Below, piece by piece: positions 38,533 to 47,457 of a stretch of DNA of 64,000 nucleotides. Source of the DNA: an uncultured Candidatus Saccharibacteria bacterium (lineage in GTDB: Bacteria > Patescibacteriota > Andersenbacteria > UBA10190). Location: assembly GCA_964372635.1 (NCBI GenBank), contig CAYJQW010000004.1, positions 840-64,839 of the forward strand, given 5' to 3'. The notes beneath the pieces were generated by a model. The model saw nothing but the letters and a program-made list of their open reading frames with translations, did not search any database and was not told the origin of the DNA. A program made the translations under genes and the position numbers. Each line of letters starts with the position of its first letter. Positions within the stretch are counted from its first letter, which is position 1.

Positions 38533-39345
38533 TTAAACCCCACTATTTTGTCTGGCCAGTATCAGGAATTTTCTTCCCATCTCGTATTCGTAATATGAAG
38601 ATAAAATACACCAAAGCCAGCCAGCTAGGCCGTCTAGCCAGCCAGATCGATAGATATAAAGTTTCAGAAATTGCCGCAAAGCCAGGTATTGCGGTAAAAA
38701 CTGGAAGGGCTTTATTATTCGGCCGGAACGATGCATCTTCCTCTTCCACATTTCATTAGCATCCAGTGTTGTATAACGATGCATTCTCCTAAGATAGGAA
38801 GAAATATTTTGATGAGAGTGATGAACCAACGTCCCAGCTAGAATAAGTGAGCTGTCGTCACCCAGTTTGATTGTCGTCTCATTTCTTGGGATGGTTTTTA
38901 TAACTTGCTCATGCACACTGGCATTAGTCCAGCGGCCATAAGATTTGCGAAACAAGCGTAGGTTATGTCCGGATAAATGATTAAGCGGCTTATTGAGAAA
39001 AGTGGTTACAACTTGAAGCCAATAAAAACTGCAGTTTGCGTTTACTCCTTGACCAGAGACAACTTTATTAATTGAGCGTATAAGGGTTGGTGTAAGCTCT
39101 TCATCGGCATCAACAAATAAAAGCCATTCGCTGCTGGCGATGTCTCGGCCCAAGTTCTTCTGCTGGCCATATCCCGACCAGGCATTAGTCACTACCTTGG
39201 CACCAAAAGCACAGGCGATAGCAGCGGTCTGATCATCACTCTTCGCATCAACAACAATGATTTCATCGGCGAAGGCAACGCTCTGTAAAGCCCGAACGAT
39301 GGTCTTTTCCGCATTCTTAGTAATAATTATGGCCGATAGATTCAT
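38533..39345 (-). CDS. GT2 family glycosyltransferase (WaaE/KdtX-like small GT-A)
   Basis: MNLSAIIITKNAEKTIVRALQSV, IIVVDAKSDDQT and LFVDADEELTP give the DxD motif. Soluble, 270 aa. Confidence 0.8.
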   Translation of the reverse strand: MNLSAIIITKNAEKTIVRALQSVAFADEIIVVDAKSDDQTAAIACAFGAKVVTNAWSGYGQQKNLGRDIASSEWLLFVDADEELTPTLIRSINKVVSGQGVNANCSFYWLQVVTTFLNKPLNHLSGHNLRLFRKSYGRWTNASVHEQVIKTIPRNETTIKLGDDSSLILAGTLVHHSHQNISSYLRRMHRYTTLDANEMWKRKMHRSGRIIKPFQFLPQYLALRQFLKLYIYRSGWLDGLAGWLWCILSSYYEYEMGRKFLILARQNSGV

Positions 39346-39350
39346 AGTCG

Positions 39351-40007
39351 CTAGTTCATATTACTAACAACATCCTGAATAGTTTTAACGCTTACTGGCA
39401 AATTATTTATAAAAGACAAATGTCGTTTAAATTCTCTTAAGGGTACATGGTGCATTAGGTTTACTTCGGAATCGCTCAACATATGGTATGTCTCTATAAT
39501 CCAGGAATTGGCTAGCATAGCCCACACCACCCTCGCATTGGCTTTGGCTAGTGACCAATTCCGGCGGGAGTAATTAAACGATTTAAGTTCAAAGGCATTT
39601 TTTGGTGGCACCGTTTCAAAACCACTATTAACAGTACGGCCGGCCTGGTAGTAATAGCGAGCAGCTTGTCTAACCCTTTCATTATTACTACCCCCAGGGT
39701 AGACAACTGTGGTCGCACCGAGACGCTCGTGAGGTTCTCGTAATTCACGGTCCAGCGCCTGATCCGAAATTTCTGTGAGGTTACAATGAGTTAAAGTGTG
39801 GGCGGCAATTTCATGTCCACTATCTTTTAGAGTTAACCACTCTGACCAAGATTGAACTGACAAGTCTTCCGTGCTCTCGATATTTTCTCCATCAATACAA
39901 ATCGCAAATACTCCCGGGACTTGAGTTTTTTGCAGCAGCGGCACAATGTTTTGCCACACGGCCATGTAGCCGTCATCAAAGACGAATGTAACTGTACCTC
40001 GTGTCAT
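39351..40007 (-). CDS. polysaccharide deacetylase (CE4 / NodB homology domain)
   Basis: VTFVFDDGY is NodB motif 1 (TFDDG). AAHTLTHCNL is motif 2 (H-S/T-xxH). VVYPGGSNN is motif 3. 218 aa. Confidence 0.8.
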   Translation of the reverse strand: MTRGTVTFVFDDGYMAVWQNIVPLLQKTQVPGVFAICIDGENIESTEDLSVQSWSEWLTLKDSGHEIAAHTLTHCNLTEISDQALDRELREPHERLGATTVVYPGGSNNERVRQAARYYYQAGRTVNSGFETVPPKNAFELKSFNYSRRNWSLAKANARVVWAMLANSWIIETYHMLSDSEVNLMHHVPLREFKRHLSFINNLPVSVKTIQDVVSNMN

Positions 40008-40015
40008 ATCAGAAA

Positions 40016-41236
40016 TTACACTTTAGCTATTTCTTTTACGTAGTCAAGTAGTCTCTGGCTGGAAGAACCGTCGGTGAAAGTCAACAGGCTTCTTGCCGTG
40101 GTCCTGCGCTCCTCCTTTTTGATCTCAGGATGAGCTAAAGTATTATTGATTTCCAAGATAAGTTCTCTTTTATTCTTTACGATTGAGGTCCCGCCGCAAT
40201 TAGTAATATAGCGGTAATGCTCCCGAAAATCGCGATAAACCATAGAATGGCGCCAGCGCCACCAGTCTAATGACCGACCAAACTTGACATTAATCACCGG
40301 TGTATCGGCTCTCACTGATTCAATGGCCACGGTAGACGATTGGTTTATTAGCACATCACTGTGTTGGAATAAGGAAACCAATAAATAGGCCTCCTCATCG
40401 GTGGGCAGGTAGGCAAAATCTGGGTGTAGTGCGTTTGCTCTTCGACCAAATGAATGTCTAGTAATAACGCCGAAGCGTTCATATTTATGGTTCTTTAGAT
40501 TTCCGCCAGGATGTACTGAGGCGTACAAATTAAGTGGCATCACGATTTGTTTTTTTGATCGTGCTCGATCAATGGCCCGAAATACATAATCGAAAGGATA
40601 TAGCTCCGTTGTTGCCCCATGGATAATTTTTGCGGGGCTGTCATTTGCAAAGCCAAGATATGTCAGAAGCTCCTGTTTTGCCGGTATTTTTTCAAGATGT
40701 GAGAAATAGTCGAATCTAGGAGAACCGGTTATTTTTATATGATCAGGTCGTATTTCCGGAAAGGCCTGATGCAAATGACTCATATTCAGTTGATTCCAGA
40801 CAGCTAAGTAATCTGGCAATTCATAACCGATGGCAGCATTCTTAGCGGAACCAGAGTGCCCATATTTCTTCAAGCGCTCCATCTTGAACACATTGTCCCA
40901 ACTGGCAATAAAAGTTAAGACAGGGATGTCGTTCTTCTTGGCTGCTCGGATGATTGGCGTATCATTTACGTCTAGTCCGACTGTCGGTGTTAGAACAACA
41001 TCCGGTTTTTGCCGAGCAAATAAGTCATTATGACTAGGTTGGCCAGAGGGATTTTCAAGGAAAATAAATTTATGCCCAAAATTTCGAAATATTTCTGCAT
41101 GATAGCGTGCGGCTGGAGTAATTACCAAAACCTCACTTATCGTATTATCGATTTCTAGATGCTGTCTTAAAGGCAATAATATCTCTCTACTGTTGTAACC
41201 AGAGGGTGCCGAGATGGCCAAGCGTAATCCTTTCAC
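40016..41236 (-). CDS. hypothetical GT-B-fold transferase-like protein (possibly a capsule/teichoic-type glycosyl- or glycerophosphotransferase)
   Basis: 406 aa, soluble. It has alternating beta-alpha predicted segments and a C-terminal block (VLINQSSTVAIESVRADTPVINV) reminiscent of GT-B C-terminal domains. The family assignment is not secure. Confidence 0.3.
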   Translation of the reverse strand: MKGLRLAISAPSGYNSREILLPLRQHLEIDNTISEVLVITPAARYHAEIFRNFGHKFIFLENPSGQPSHNDLFARQKPDVVLTPTVGLDVNDTPIIRAAKKNDIPVLTFIASWDNVFKMERLKKYGHSGSAKNAAIGYELPDYLAVWNQLNMSHLHQAFPEIRPDHIKITGSPRFDYFSHLEKIPAKQELLTYLGFANDSPAKIIHGATTELYPFDYVFRAIDRARSKKQIVMPLNLYASVHPGGNLKNHKYERFGVITRHSFGRRANALHPDFAYLPTDEEAYLLVSLFQHSDVLINQSSTVAIESVRADTPVINVKFGRSLDWWRWRHSMVYRDFREHYRYITNCGGTSIVKNKRELILEINNTLAHPEIKKEERRTTARSLLTFTDGSSSQRLLDYVKEIAKV

Positions 41237-41265
41237 AGCAGGTTTTCCTAAGTATAAAACTTGAG

Positions 41266-41988
41266 CTATTTACCGTATATGCGCAGGCGCCATACCAGCC
41301 AAATTGCTTCACGGACAATTTGTTTACTCATTTTTGACTGCCCATTTCGTCTCTCGGTGAAAATTATAGGAACTTCAGAGATCGAGAGACCACTTTTCCA
41401 GGCGCGAAAGAGAGTAGTGATTTGAAAACCATAACCATCGGTAGTAACACTTGAAAGATCAATTCTCCTAAGAGCCTCCGCTCGCCAGGCGCGAAACCCA
41501 CCAGTGGCATCTTTAAACGGAAGACCGGTGACAAAACCTGCATACACGTTGCCGGTGATGCTTATCAGTAATCTTTTAAGAGGCCAATTAATAACGCTGA
41601 TGCCGTTACTGTAACGTGAACCCACAACTACATCGTGAGTAGATAGCTGAGCAAGTAATCGAGGCACATCAAGTGGATTATGTGAAAGGTCGGCATCCAT
41701 CTGCACGATTTTGGTCGCACCACGATCTAGAGCATATTGAAAGCCGTGCACGTAAGCCTTGCCTAAGCCTTCCTTACGATCTCTAATTAACAATTGAAGT
41801 AATGGATACGATTTTCTTAGTTGCTGCACTGCCTCAGAGGTTCCATCGGGTGAATTGTCATCGACAATCAACAAATTGAGCCCTGGTATTTTTTGCGAAA
41901 ATATTTTATCGATCACACTCTCAACATTTCCCCTTTCATTATAGGTGGGGATTACAACCCAAGTTGTCGCATGTGAAGTTGACACCAT
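41266..41988 (-). CDS. GT2 polyprenyl-phosphate mannose/glucose synthase (DPM1-like)
   Basis: WVVIPTYNERGNVESVIDKI, LIVDDNSPDGTSEAV and QMDADLSHNP closely parallel the 25433..26173 protein. Confidence 0.8.
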   Translation of the reverse strand: MVSTSHATTWVVIPTYNERGNVESVIDKIFSQKIPGLNLLIVDDNSPDGTSEAVQQLRKSYPLLQLLIRDRKEGLGKAYVHGFQYALDRGATKIVQMDADLSHNPLDVPRLLAQLSTHDVVVGSRYSNGISVINWPLKRLLISITGNVYAGFVTGLPFKDATGGFRAWRAEALRRIDLSSVTTDGYGFQITTLFRAWKSGLSISEVPIIFTERRNGQSKMSKQIVREAIWLVWRLRIYGK

Positions 41989-42127
41989 TTTAACCGCTAG
42001 AAATAAACATTTAAATCAATATTTCAATATTCTTGTTACGTAACTCGTACCATATTTAATTAGCGGCAATCAAACTGACGAGCATTTTAATCCGTAATCA
42101 ACACTAAAGAATATAATGCAATGGTGC

Positions 42128-43180
42128 CTAATCTACCGGCAAAATATCGCGCAAAACGGTCATTATCTCTGAAGGAGTAATCGCAGCTAGGCACGATTTA
42201 GTCATCTGCTCACCCGGGCGAGTCCAGTTTCGAAAGTGTTGCTTGTCACTCTCAAGTTGAGTCAATTGGCTGGAGACTGATTTCGGTTTTAATTGATCGG
42301 GCACCTCAGGTGATGGCCCGAGAACAGTGCGATGTAATTTTTTGGAATCATAAATATGAGAATTTAGGAAAAAAGCTGGGGCTGCTCGTTTAAGAGGAAG
42401 ATCACAATATAATGTAATAGTTGGCAGAGAAACGGCAGCGGAAAAATGAAGAGGACCTGAGGGTGGTCCTATGGCAACGTCGCAAAGCTGAAGAGTGGCA
42501 ATGTTCTCACGAAGTGTTAGTTGGCGTCCGTGGTATTCGGGAACGAAGCGCCCGCCAAACCATATTGGTGCCACACCGTATATTTTTTGAATCAACCGCG
42601 ATAAAACTTTGGCTTTTTTTGAAACCCATTCTCGAGTGGTCGGACCGCTTAAGGCTTCCAATAATACAATGCGAGGGTGGGGGGCATCTGCCATAACCTC
42701 TGCTGCAACGTGACGATCATGATCTGTAAAATAAAGTTGATACTTGCTGTAATTTTCATCAGGTAAACCCACCGCTTCATACATTCGTTGCAGTGGATTG
42801 TCAGTGGGATTAATTCCAAAGTCAAGTTCGAATATGCCGTCGAATAAATCTGATTTTCTTTGTGCGTCAAAGTAAGCTCTATTCCAAGTTGGAAAGTGTT
42901 TCCCTTCCTCAATACATGTATTTGCGGCGAGATCCAAAATTTGGTCGTGCCAATGTACCAGTTGGTCAATATGCGGGTTTGTCATCATTAGGCTTATACA
43001 AAATCCGCCCTGATTCCTTTTACCCCATCGACTTTTTTTATCTTTAAAGCCCCAGCCAACAACTAGGGTAATATGGCAGTTTGGATACCTATTTTTCAAA
43101 GTCTCAAGCACAGGCGGAATAAAAAAAACATGATCACCCATATTGCCAACGTGTTTAATTAAGAAACGCTTGCGCTGCAT
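42128..43180 (-). CDS. GT9 family glycosyltransferase (heptosyltransferase-like)
   Basis: FLIKHVGNMGDHVFFIPPVLETLKNRYPNCHITLVVG matches the GT9 N-terminal motif. DVAIGPPSGPLHFSAAVSLPTITLY matches the GT9 C-terminal motif NDSGPMHLAAA. Confidence 0.65.
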   Translation of the reverse strand: MQRKRFLIKHVGNMGDHVFFIPPVLETLKNRYPNCHITLVVGWGFKDKKSRWGKRNQGGFCISLMMTNPHIDQLVHWHDQILDLAANTCIEEGKHFPTWNRAYFDAQRKSDLFDGIFELDFGINPTDNPLQRMYEAVGLPDENYSKYQLYFTDHDRHVAAEVMADAPHPRIVLLEALSGPTTREWVSKKAKVLSRLIQKIYGVAPIWFGGRFVPEYHGRQLTLRENIATLQLCDVAIGPPSGPLHFSAAVSLPTITLYCDLPLKRAAPAFFLNSHIYDSKKLHRTVLGPSPEVPDQLKPKSVSSQLTQLESDKQHFRNWTRPGEQMTKSCLAAITPSEIMTVLRDILPVD

Positions 43181-43394
43181 AGAATGCTAATAGGCAGTTT
43201 CAGTGATGAAATAAATTAAGGTCAGACAAATCATTTTTTGACCTTTAGCGGATTTAGTCAAGTTCAGTATCACTGAGCTATTGTTCAACATAGTGTTAGC
43301 GTACCGTATGCAAAAATAAATCCCAGTCCGAGACGATACTTATCTTAAAATCACGGCCTTCGCTCTTTATAAGTAAATCGTCTCAAACTAGGAA

Positions 43395-43473
43395 TGGAGA
43401 GGGCGGGAGTTGAACCCGCGATTTGTCGCCAATCAGCTTAGCGATGGTTCTCCCAGCTGACCTCATCCTCCCC
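43395..43473 (-). tRNA. tRNA-like gene with noncanonical D/anticodon region (anticodon unresolved; possibly CUG/Gln with a G33, or an enlarged anticodon loop)
   Basis: Reverse complement is GGGGAGGATGAGGTCAGCTGGGAGAACCATCGCTAAGCTGATTGGCGACAAATCGCGGGTTCAACTCCCGCCCTCTCCA. The 7-bp acceptor stem GGGGAGG/CCTCTCC has one G-U pair and discriminator A. The T-arm GCGGG-TTCAACT-CCCGC is canonical. The D-loop AGCTGGGAGA is identical to many bacterial tRNAs. The body is ~6 nt longer than standard and I cannot fold a canonical 7-nt anticodon loop with U33. Confidence 0.55.
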
Positions 43474-43562
43474 TAAAAACATTTTTATTTTACAAGATCT
43501 CAAATTCAACGATTTAGCATTTTTACCTGTTATGAATAATTTCGTCAAGTTTTTTGTTGGTG

Positions 43563-44732
43563 CTAATTACGATTCAGTGAAGATCGTGTCATGGGCTGTG
43601 ATTTTTTCGTTAACAAAATAAGACGCGCAGCTGATTCCTCATAGTCATATTTTTTTAGCCGATCAGTCGCGTAAGTCGTAGTGGCTGCGTAATAACCGTT
43701 ATCAGTCAGAAGGCGCTCGCCTAGCGCCAATAGTTTTTCCGTATCTGAATTTCCGTCCGAAGTAAGCTGTGGAAAAAGATCCACAGCGCCATCAGAATTT
43801 CCGCCTAGGCTTGGAGTACCAACGGCCGCGCAGTCAGTCTGGACACGTCCGCGCGTCTTCGTATAGTCCGTGTTTATGACTAGGGTTGTTCGGGCTAACG
43901 TTTCTAAGTGCTGCCGCCATGGCTCAAACGCCAGTTGCTGAAAATTTGCTCCAGCTAGATTAGTCGTGTCGTAATTCATACCGGCGACATTTGGCACGAG
44001 AATCCGAAATTCTGGGAACTTCTTCTGTAAGGCTAAGGCAACGGCTTGACCCTGCCTAATATTATCGCGCTGAGTGACACCAGCCACTAGCATTGTCTTG
44101 TCCTTTTTTGAGCGCGGCAGATAATAACGCGATGCAAAAGCAGCTGGGTATGGCTGCGGTAAATAAGTAATCGGAGTTTGCGCGATATTTTTATACCAGC
44201 CGACAGTGTTTTCGACTACACTTATAAAGACATCACAGGCATTTATAAAAGAAATTAGACTTTGACGGGTATCGTTATTATTTTCAGTCGCTGGGCGCAG
44301 CAAACCATATGGCTGGGTAGGAACGCCAATAATAAACGGACGTGGCGACATTTCCTTGAGACGCTTCAATAATGCCACTAATTCGTGAGCGTCGCTAAGC
44401 TGGTGAACGACCATTAGGATATTAAATTCTTGTAGGTATTTAAGCGAATAAATGGGCCAAAAACCAGTAAGTCGTTTCAGCCCGCGGCGCCAAATTTTGT
44501 CCGCACTGGCGATCTTAGTCAACGGAATATGTTCTCCGGCCAAGGCGGAGACATAGCAGCCAAAACTAGTTGGGTCTATTTCCGTTTGTGGGTCTGCTAA
44601 GTAATTTGGTTTTTCCTTCGTATGCCGCCAAATATTTCCGGATTTACTTGTGTATTCAAGAACGGCAAATCTCATGGCATGACAGTGCCAGACATAATTG
44701 ACCGATGCAAGCATTACCAGTAAACTTTTCAT
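43563..44732 (-). CDS. hypothetical protein (possible GT-B-like transferase), N-terminal signal-like hydrophobic segment
   Basis: 389-aa ORF. The N-terminus MKSLLVMLASVNYVW is hydrophobic. I recognise no catalytic motif. The gene is co-oriented with the tRNA downstream. Confidence 0.35.
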   Translation of the reverse strand: MKSLLVMLASVNYVWHCHAMRFAVLEYTSKSGNIWRHTKEKPNYLADPQTEIDPTSFGCYVSALAGEHIPLTKIASADKIWRRGLKRLTGFWPIYSLKYLQEFNILMVVHQLSDAHELVALLKRLKEMSPRPFIIGVPTQPYGLLRPATENNNDTRQSLISFINACDVFISVVENTVGWYKNIAQTPITYLPQPYPAAFASRYYLPRSKKDKTMLVAGVTQRDNIRQGQAVALALQKKFPEFRILVPNVAGMNYDTTNLAGANFQQLAFEPWRQHLETLARTTLVINTDYTKTRGRVQTDCAAVGTPSLGGNSDGAVDLFPQLTSDGNSDTEKLLALGERLLTDNGYYAATTTYATDRLKKYDYEESAARLILLTKKSQPMTRSSLNRN

Positions 44733-45043
44733 GCTGTAGCAAAAAACTAGACTTGCTCTTTAAAACCTGTTAGCGGCTGTCTAAATATTTTGCTTAGATG
44801 CGTTGGTGAAGTTGTCTCTAGACGAGGTTTGTATTGCATCTAAAATTTCTTGCATTTGACGTTTCGTTTAAAAAGGCGGCGCGAAAAGATAGCCTGGATC
44901 AAGTAGGCACGTATTTAGGTTTGCCTTATAAAGCGCTCAGTAAGCCATTTAAAGGCGCGATCTTAGCAGTGTCAAAAATGACGAGAGAATTGATGCGCCT
45001 AGATTATTAGTTCATTAACTTACCTACGGCTAACTTGAGTGCT

Positions 45044-45076
45044 AATCCGACTTTACAATAGAAGTCGGATTTTTTT
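45044..45076 (+). terminator. plus-strand intrinsic-terminator-like hairpin
   Basis: aatCCGACTTtacaatagAAGTCGGatttttttgcgc: a 7-bp stem with 8-nt loop and a 7-T run on the plus strand. Both flanking genes are on the minus strand, so it would terminate an unannotated plus-strand transcript from the 44733..45052 gap. Confidence 0.35.
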
Positions 45077-46627
45077 GCGCATAAGGGCTGCAGCTTCATT
45101 TATTTCTTTAATATCAAATAGCCAAGCGCCGCCAAAGTATACGGTGCACCCAACTAGCGCCGGAACCATGACCTGTATAATCAACATTAAATCTCGGGGC
45201 AGATCATAAAAGTGTATTAAAGGTCGCGTCAGATTAATAACCAATATAAGAGCAATGGCCAACAATGAAGTTTTTAAGTAAACGGGATGCCAAAAAATCA
45301 TATATAGCTTGTCAATAAAACGGGACAAGTAGAGAAAATATAGCAAGGCAATCGCGAGCGGTACCAAAGATGAGCCAAGGGCGAGTCCGGCATGACCCAT
45401 GGTGGGAACAAGCAGCACAAACAGGAAAATGGCAATAGCTTGGGAAGAAATAGTCACGGCGGCTGAAGCGCGAGTTTCTTGCAAGGCTAGGGTAGCATAT
45501 CCCAAGACTGCACTGATGCCATTAATAGTTAGTCCAATGACAAAGAATAGTAGAGCAATGCTTGTTTGAGCAGAATCCAGCGCAGAAAATGAGCCGCGCT
45601 CATAAAGGAGAGAGATTAGTGGATTACGCAGAAGAGCAATACATATAATCACTGGAACTGTCACAAAGGTAATTAACCTCATGGCGTTACTGATCGTTGT
45701 CCGCATACCTCGATAGTCTCTATGACCTGCTTTTTCAGATAAGAGAGGATAAACAACGGTTGTCACCGAGGTCAGAAACATTATGGTCACAAGCTGCGAT
45801 ATTTTTTCTGCGAATTTGAGCGATGACAGACTACCCGCTGATAAGTCAGAAACCAATATACGATAAACAATGCCGGCCGCCTGGGTTACGGCGACTGAGT
45901 AGATGAAAGGATAAACGAGCATTGCCAAACGCCTGATTTTGGGATCAAACGGTCTTAGCACAAAGTGGTATTGAAAGCCGTTTCTGCGCAAGGTATATCC
46001 GACCATTATAAATTGAAACAAAGAACCGATGAGGGCTCCATAAGCCAGCGAGCTAATACCCAGTGTATCTATGGTGAGTACCAAAACTACGATAGATGTT
46101 AAGGGAGCGATAATGCGCAGTAAGGCAGGTACTAAAAAATGTTTAACCGAATGCAACATTGCGGTTGCCAAATCGGCCAGGAAAAGAAACAAAAATGACG
46201 GTAGCAGAACACGCAATAGTATAATTGTCTGAGCTGTTGTTGCCTGGTCAAAACCTGGAGCAATGAAATTAATAAATGGATCTGCGAATATGCCAATGGT
46301 AAGAATTAAAATAAGAAAAGCGATCGAGGTGAGGTGAAATATGTTTAAACCAAGTGTCCAGGCTTCATGTTTTTGACCACGCGTCAGGTATTTGACAAAC
46401 ATTGGCAAAAATACAGACGTTATTGATCCACCCATCAGGAGTTTACTAACTAATTCTTGAGCTGATTGGGCCATGAAGAAAGCATCCGTGTCTTGACCTG
46501 AACCAAAGTAAAATGCGACAAGCAGTTGCAAAAAAAATCCGGCCAAGGCACCGCCAAGGGCACTGGCCGCTATTAATCCAGCTGAGCCTAATGTTGCCTC
46601 TGATTCAGTTCTCATCACCGTTATCAA
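45053..46627 (-). CDS. murJ: MOP-superfamily flippase, MurJ/MviN-like (lipid II or lipid-linked oligosaccharide flippase)
   Basis: 524 aa with ~14 TM helices. The N-terminal motif FGSGQDTDAFFMAQSAQELVSKLLMGG...TSVFLPMF matches the MurJ signature G.G..TDAF.VA...P.L......G......F.P. Confidence 0.55.
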   Translation of the reverse strand: MITVMRTESEATLGSAGLIAASALGGALAGFFLQLLVAFYFGSGQDTDAFFMAQSAQELVSKLLMGGSITSVFLPMFVKYLTRGQKHEAWTLGLNIFHLTSIAFLILILTIGIFADPFINFIAPGFDQATTAQTIILLRVLLPSFLFLFLADLATAMLHSVKHFLVPALLRIIAPLTSIVVLVLTIDTLGISSLAYGALIGSLFQFIMVGYTLRRNGFQYHFVLRPFDPKIRRLAMLVYPFIYSVAVTQAAGIVYRILVSDLSAGSLSSLKFAEKISQLVTIMFLTSVTTVVYPLLSEKAGHRDYRGMRTTISNAMRLITFVTVPVIICIALLRNPLISLLYERGSFSALDSAQTSIALLFFVIGLTINGISAVLGYATLALQETRASAAVTISSQAIAIFLFVLLVPTMGHAGLALGSSLVPLAIALLYFLYLSRFIDKLYMIFWHPVYLKTSLLAIALILVINLTRPLIHFYDLPRDLMLIIQVMVPALVGCTVYFGGAWLFDIKEINEAAALMRKKIRLLL

Positions 46628-46790
46628 AAAAAAGATAAACAGTTAACAAGATAAATCCTGCCGCGTACGTTAAGACTTCAGTCTCAAAATTAAAGACCGC
46701 CGGATGCAACCAGCGAGCAAAAGACACCATTACGCCGGTTAACAGAAACATACTGGCCAATATTGGCCCTAGACTAAGCAAAATCTTCAT
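46605..46790 (-). CDS. small membrane protein (61 aa), hypothetical
   Basis: Two hydrophobic segments. It overlaps both neighbours by a few bp in an apparently co-transcribed minus-strand block. It could be spurious. Confidence 0.25.
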   Translation of the reverse strand: MKILLSLGPILASMFLLTGVMVSFARWLHPAVFNFETEVLTYAAGFILLTVYLFFDNGDEN

Positions 46791-47455
46791 AGAGCTCGTT
46801 CTCTTAGCACAATACTTAGAACGTAATCTATAATACGAACCTTATCTCGAAAACCTGTCAGGGGTGAATTAACAATGTTAGCCTTAAGGTCGTGCAACTC
46901 CCAATAACTTGTATCGTCTGCTCTGTTCATCAACCAGGTTTGAACTGCAGCCAAATCAACCTGGTCATCCTTAATTAGTGAGTAACTAAGCTTCTCAGTC
47001 GAAGAAAATTGATTCAGGCTCGGGGTCGCAAAAAACATAACATCAATGGATTGATCTTCAGCCTGTATTTTATCAGTCAGCGGAATCACGACGGTCTTCG
47101 TTAATCTATTTGCTGTCGTCTTGGTTGATTTTTGGTACAGAACTTCTGGACGATAACTAAGCCAAAAGCTGTTTTCTCGCACGCCAACAGATAGTTGATC
47201 CAATATACGGGGTGTAAATGTAATCGTTAAAACAAGATTTTTTCCCATGACTGGCTGATCAATATTAATGTCAGCATGGGCAATCTGCTCTGTAATATGG
47301 GTCGTTTCTTGGCGGATAGGATAGGTAATACCGTCAATATTTTCTAGATTACTCACCTGTCGAACCCCTTGCGGCCAAATAGAAATTATATAAATACCAC
47401 TGGTTATAATAATGGAACCGATGATCGTAATAATTACTTTGCCGATGGTTTTCAT
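46787..47455 (-). CDS. bitopic membrane-anchored protein with extracytoplasmic domain, hypothetical
   Basis: The N-terminal TM helix MKTIGKVIITIIGSIIITSGIYIISIW is followed by a ~190-aa hydrophilic domain. It lies between two flippase genes with 4-bp overlaps. Confidence 0.4.
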   Translation of the reverse strand: MKTIGKVIITIIGSIIITSGIYIISIWPQGVRQVSNLENIDGITYPIRQETTHITEQIAHADINIDQPVMGKNLVLTITFTPRILDQLSVGVRENSFWLSYRPEVLYQKSTKTTANRLTKTVVIPLTDKIQAEDQSIDVMFFATPSLNQFSSTEKLSYSLIKDDQVDLAAVQTWLMNRADDTSYWELHDLKANIVNSPLTGFRDKVRIIDYVLSIVLRERAL

Positions 47456-47457
47456 CT

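Noticed and set aside
43230-43262. Hairpin AAGGTCA-N14-TGACCTT between the GT9 gene start and the tRNA
   Set aside because: Its short 7-bp arms, AT-rich loop and lack of a clean flanking U-tract make it weak as a terminator. It lies within the probable promoter region of the GT9 gene. I note it only as possible operator-like symmetry.
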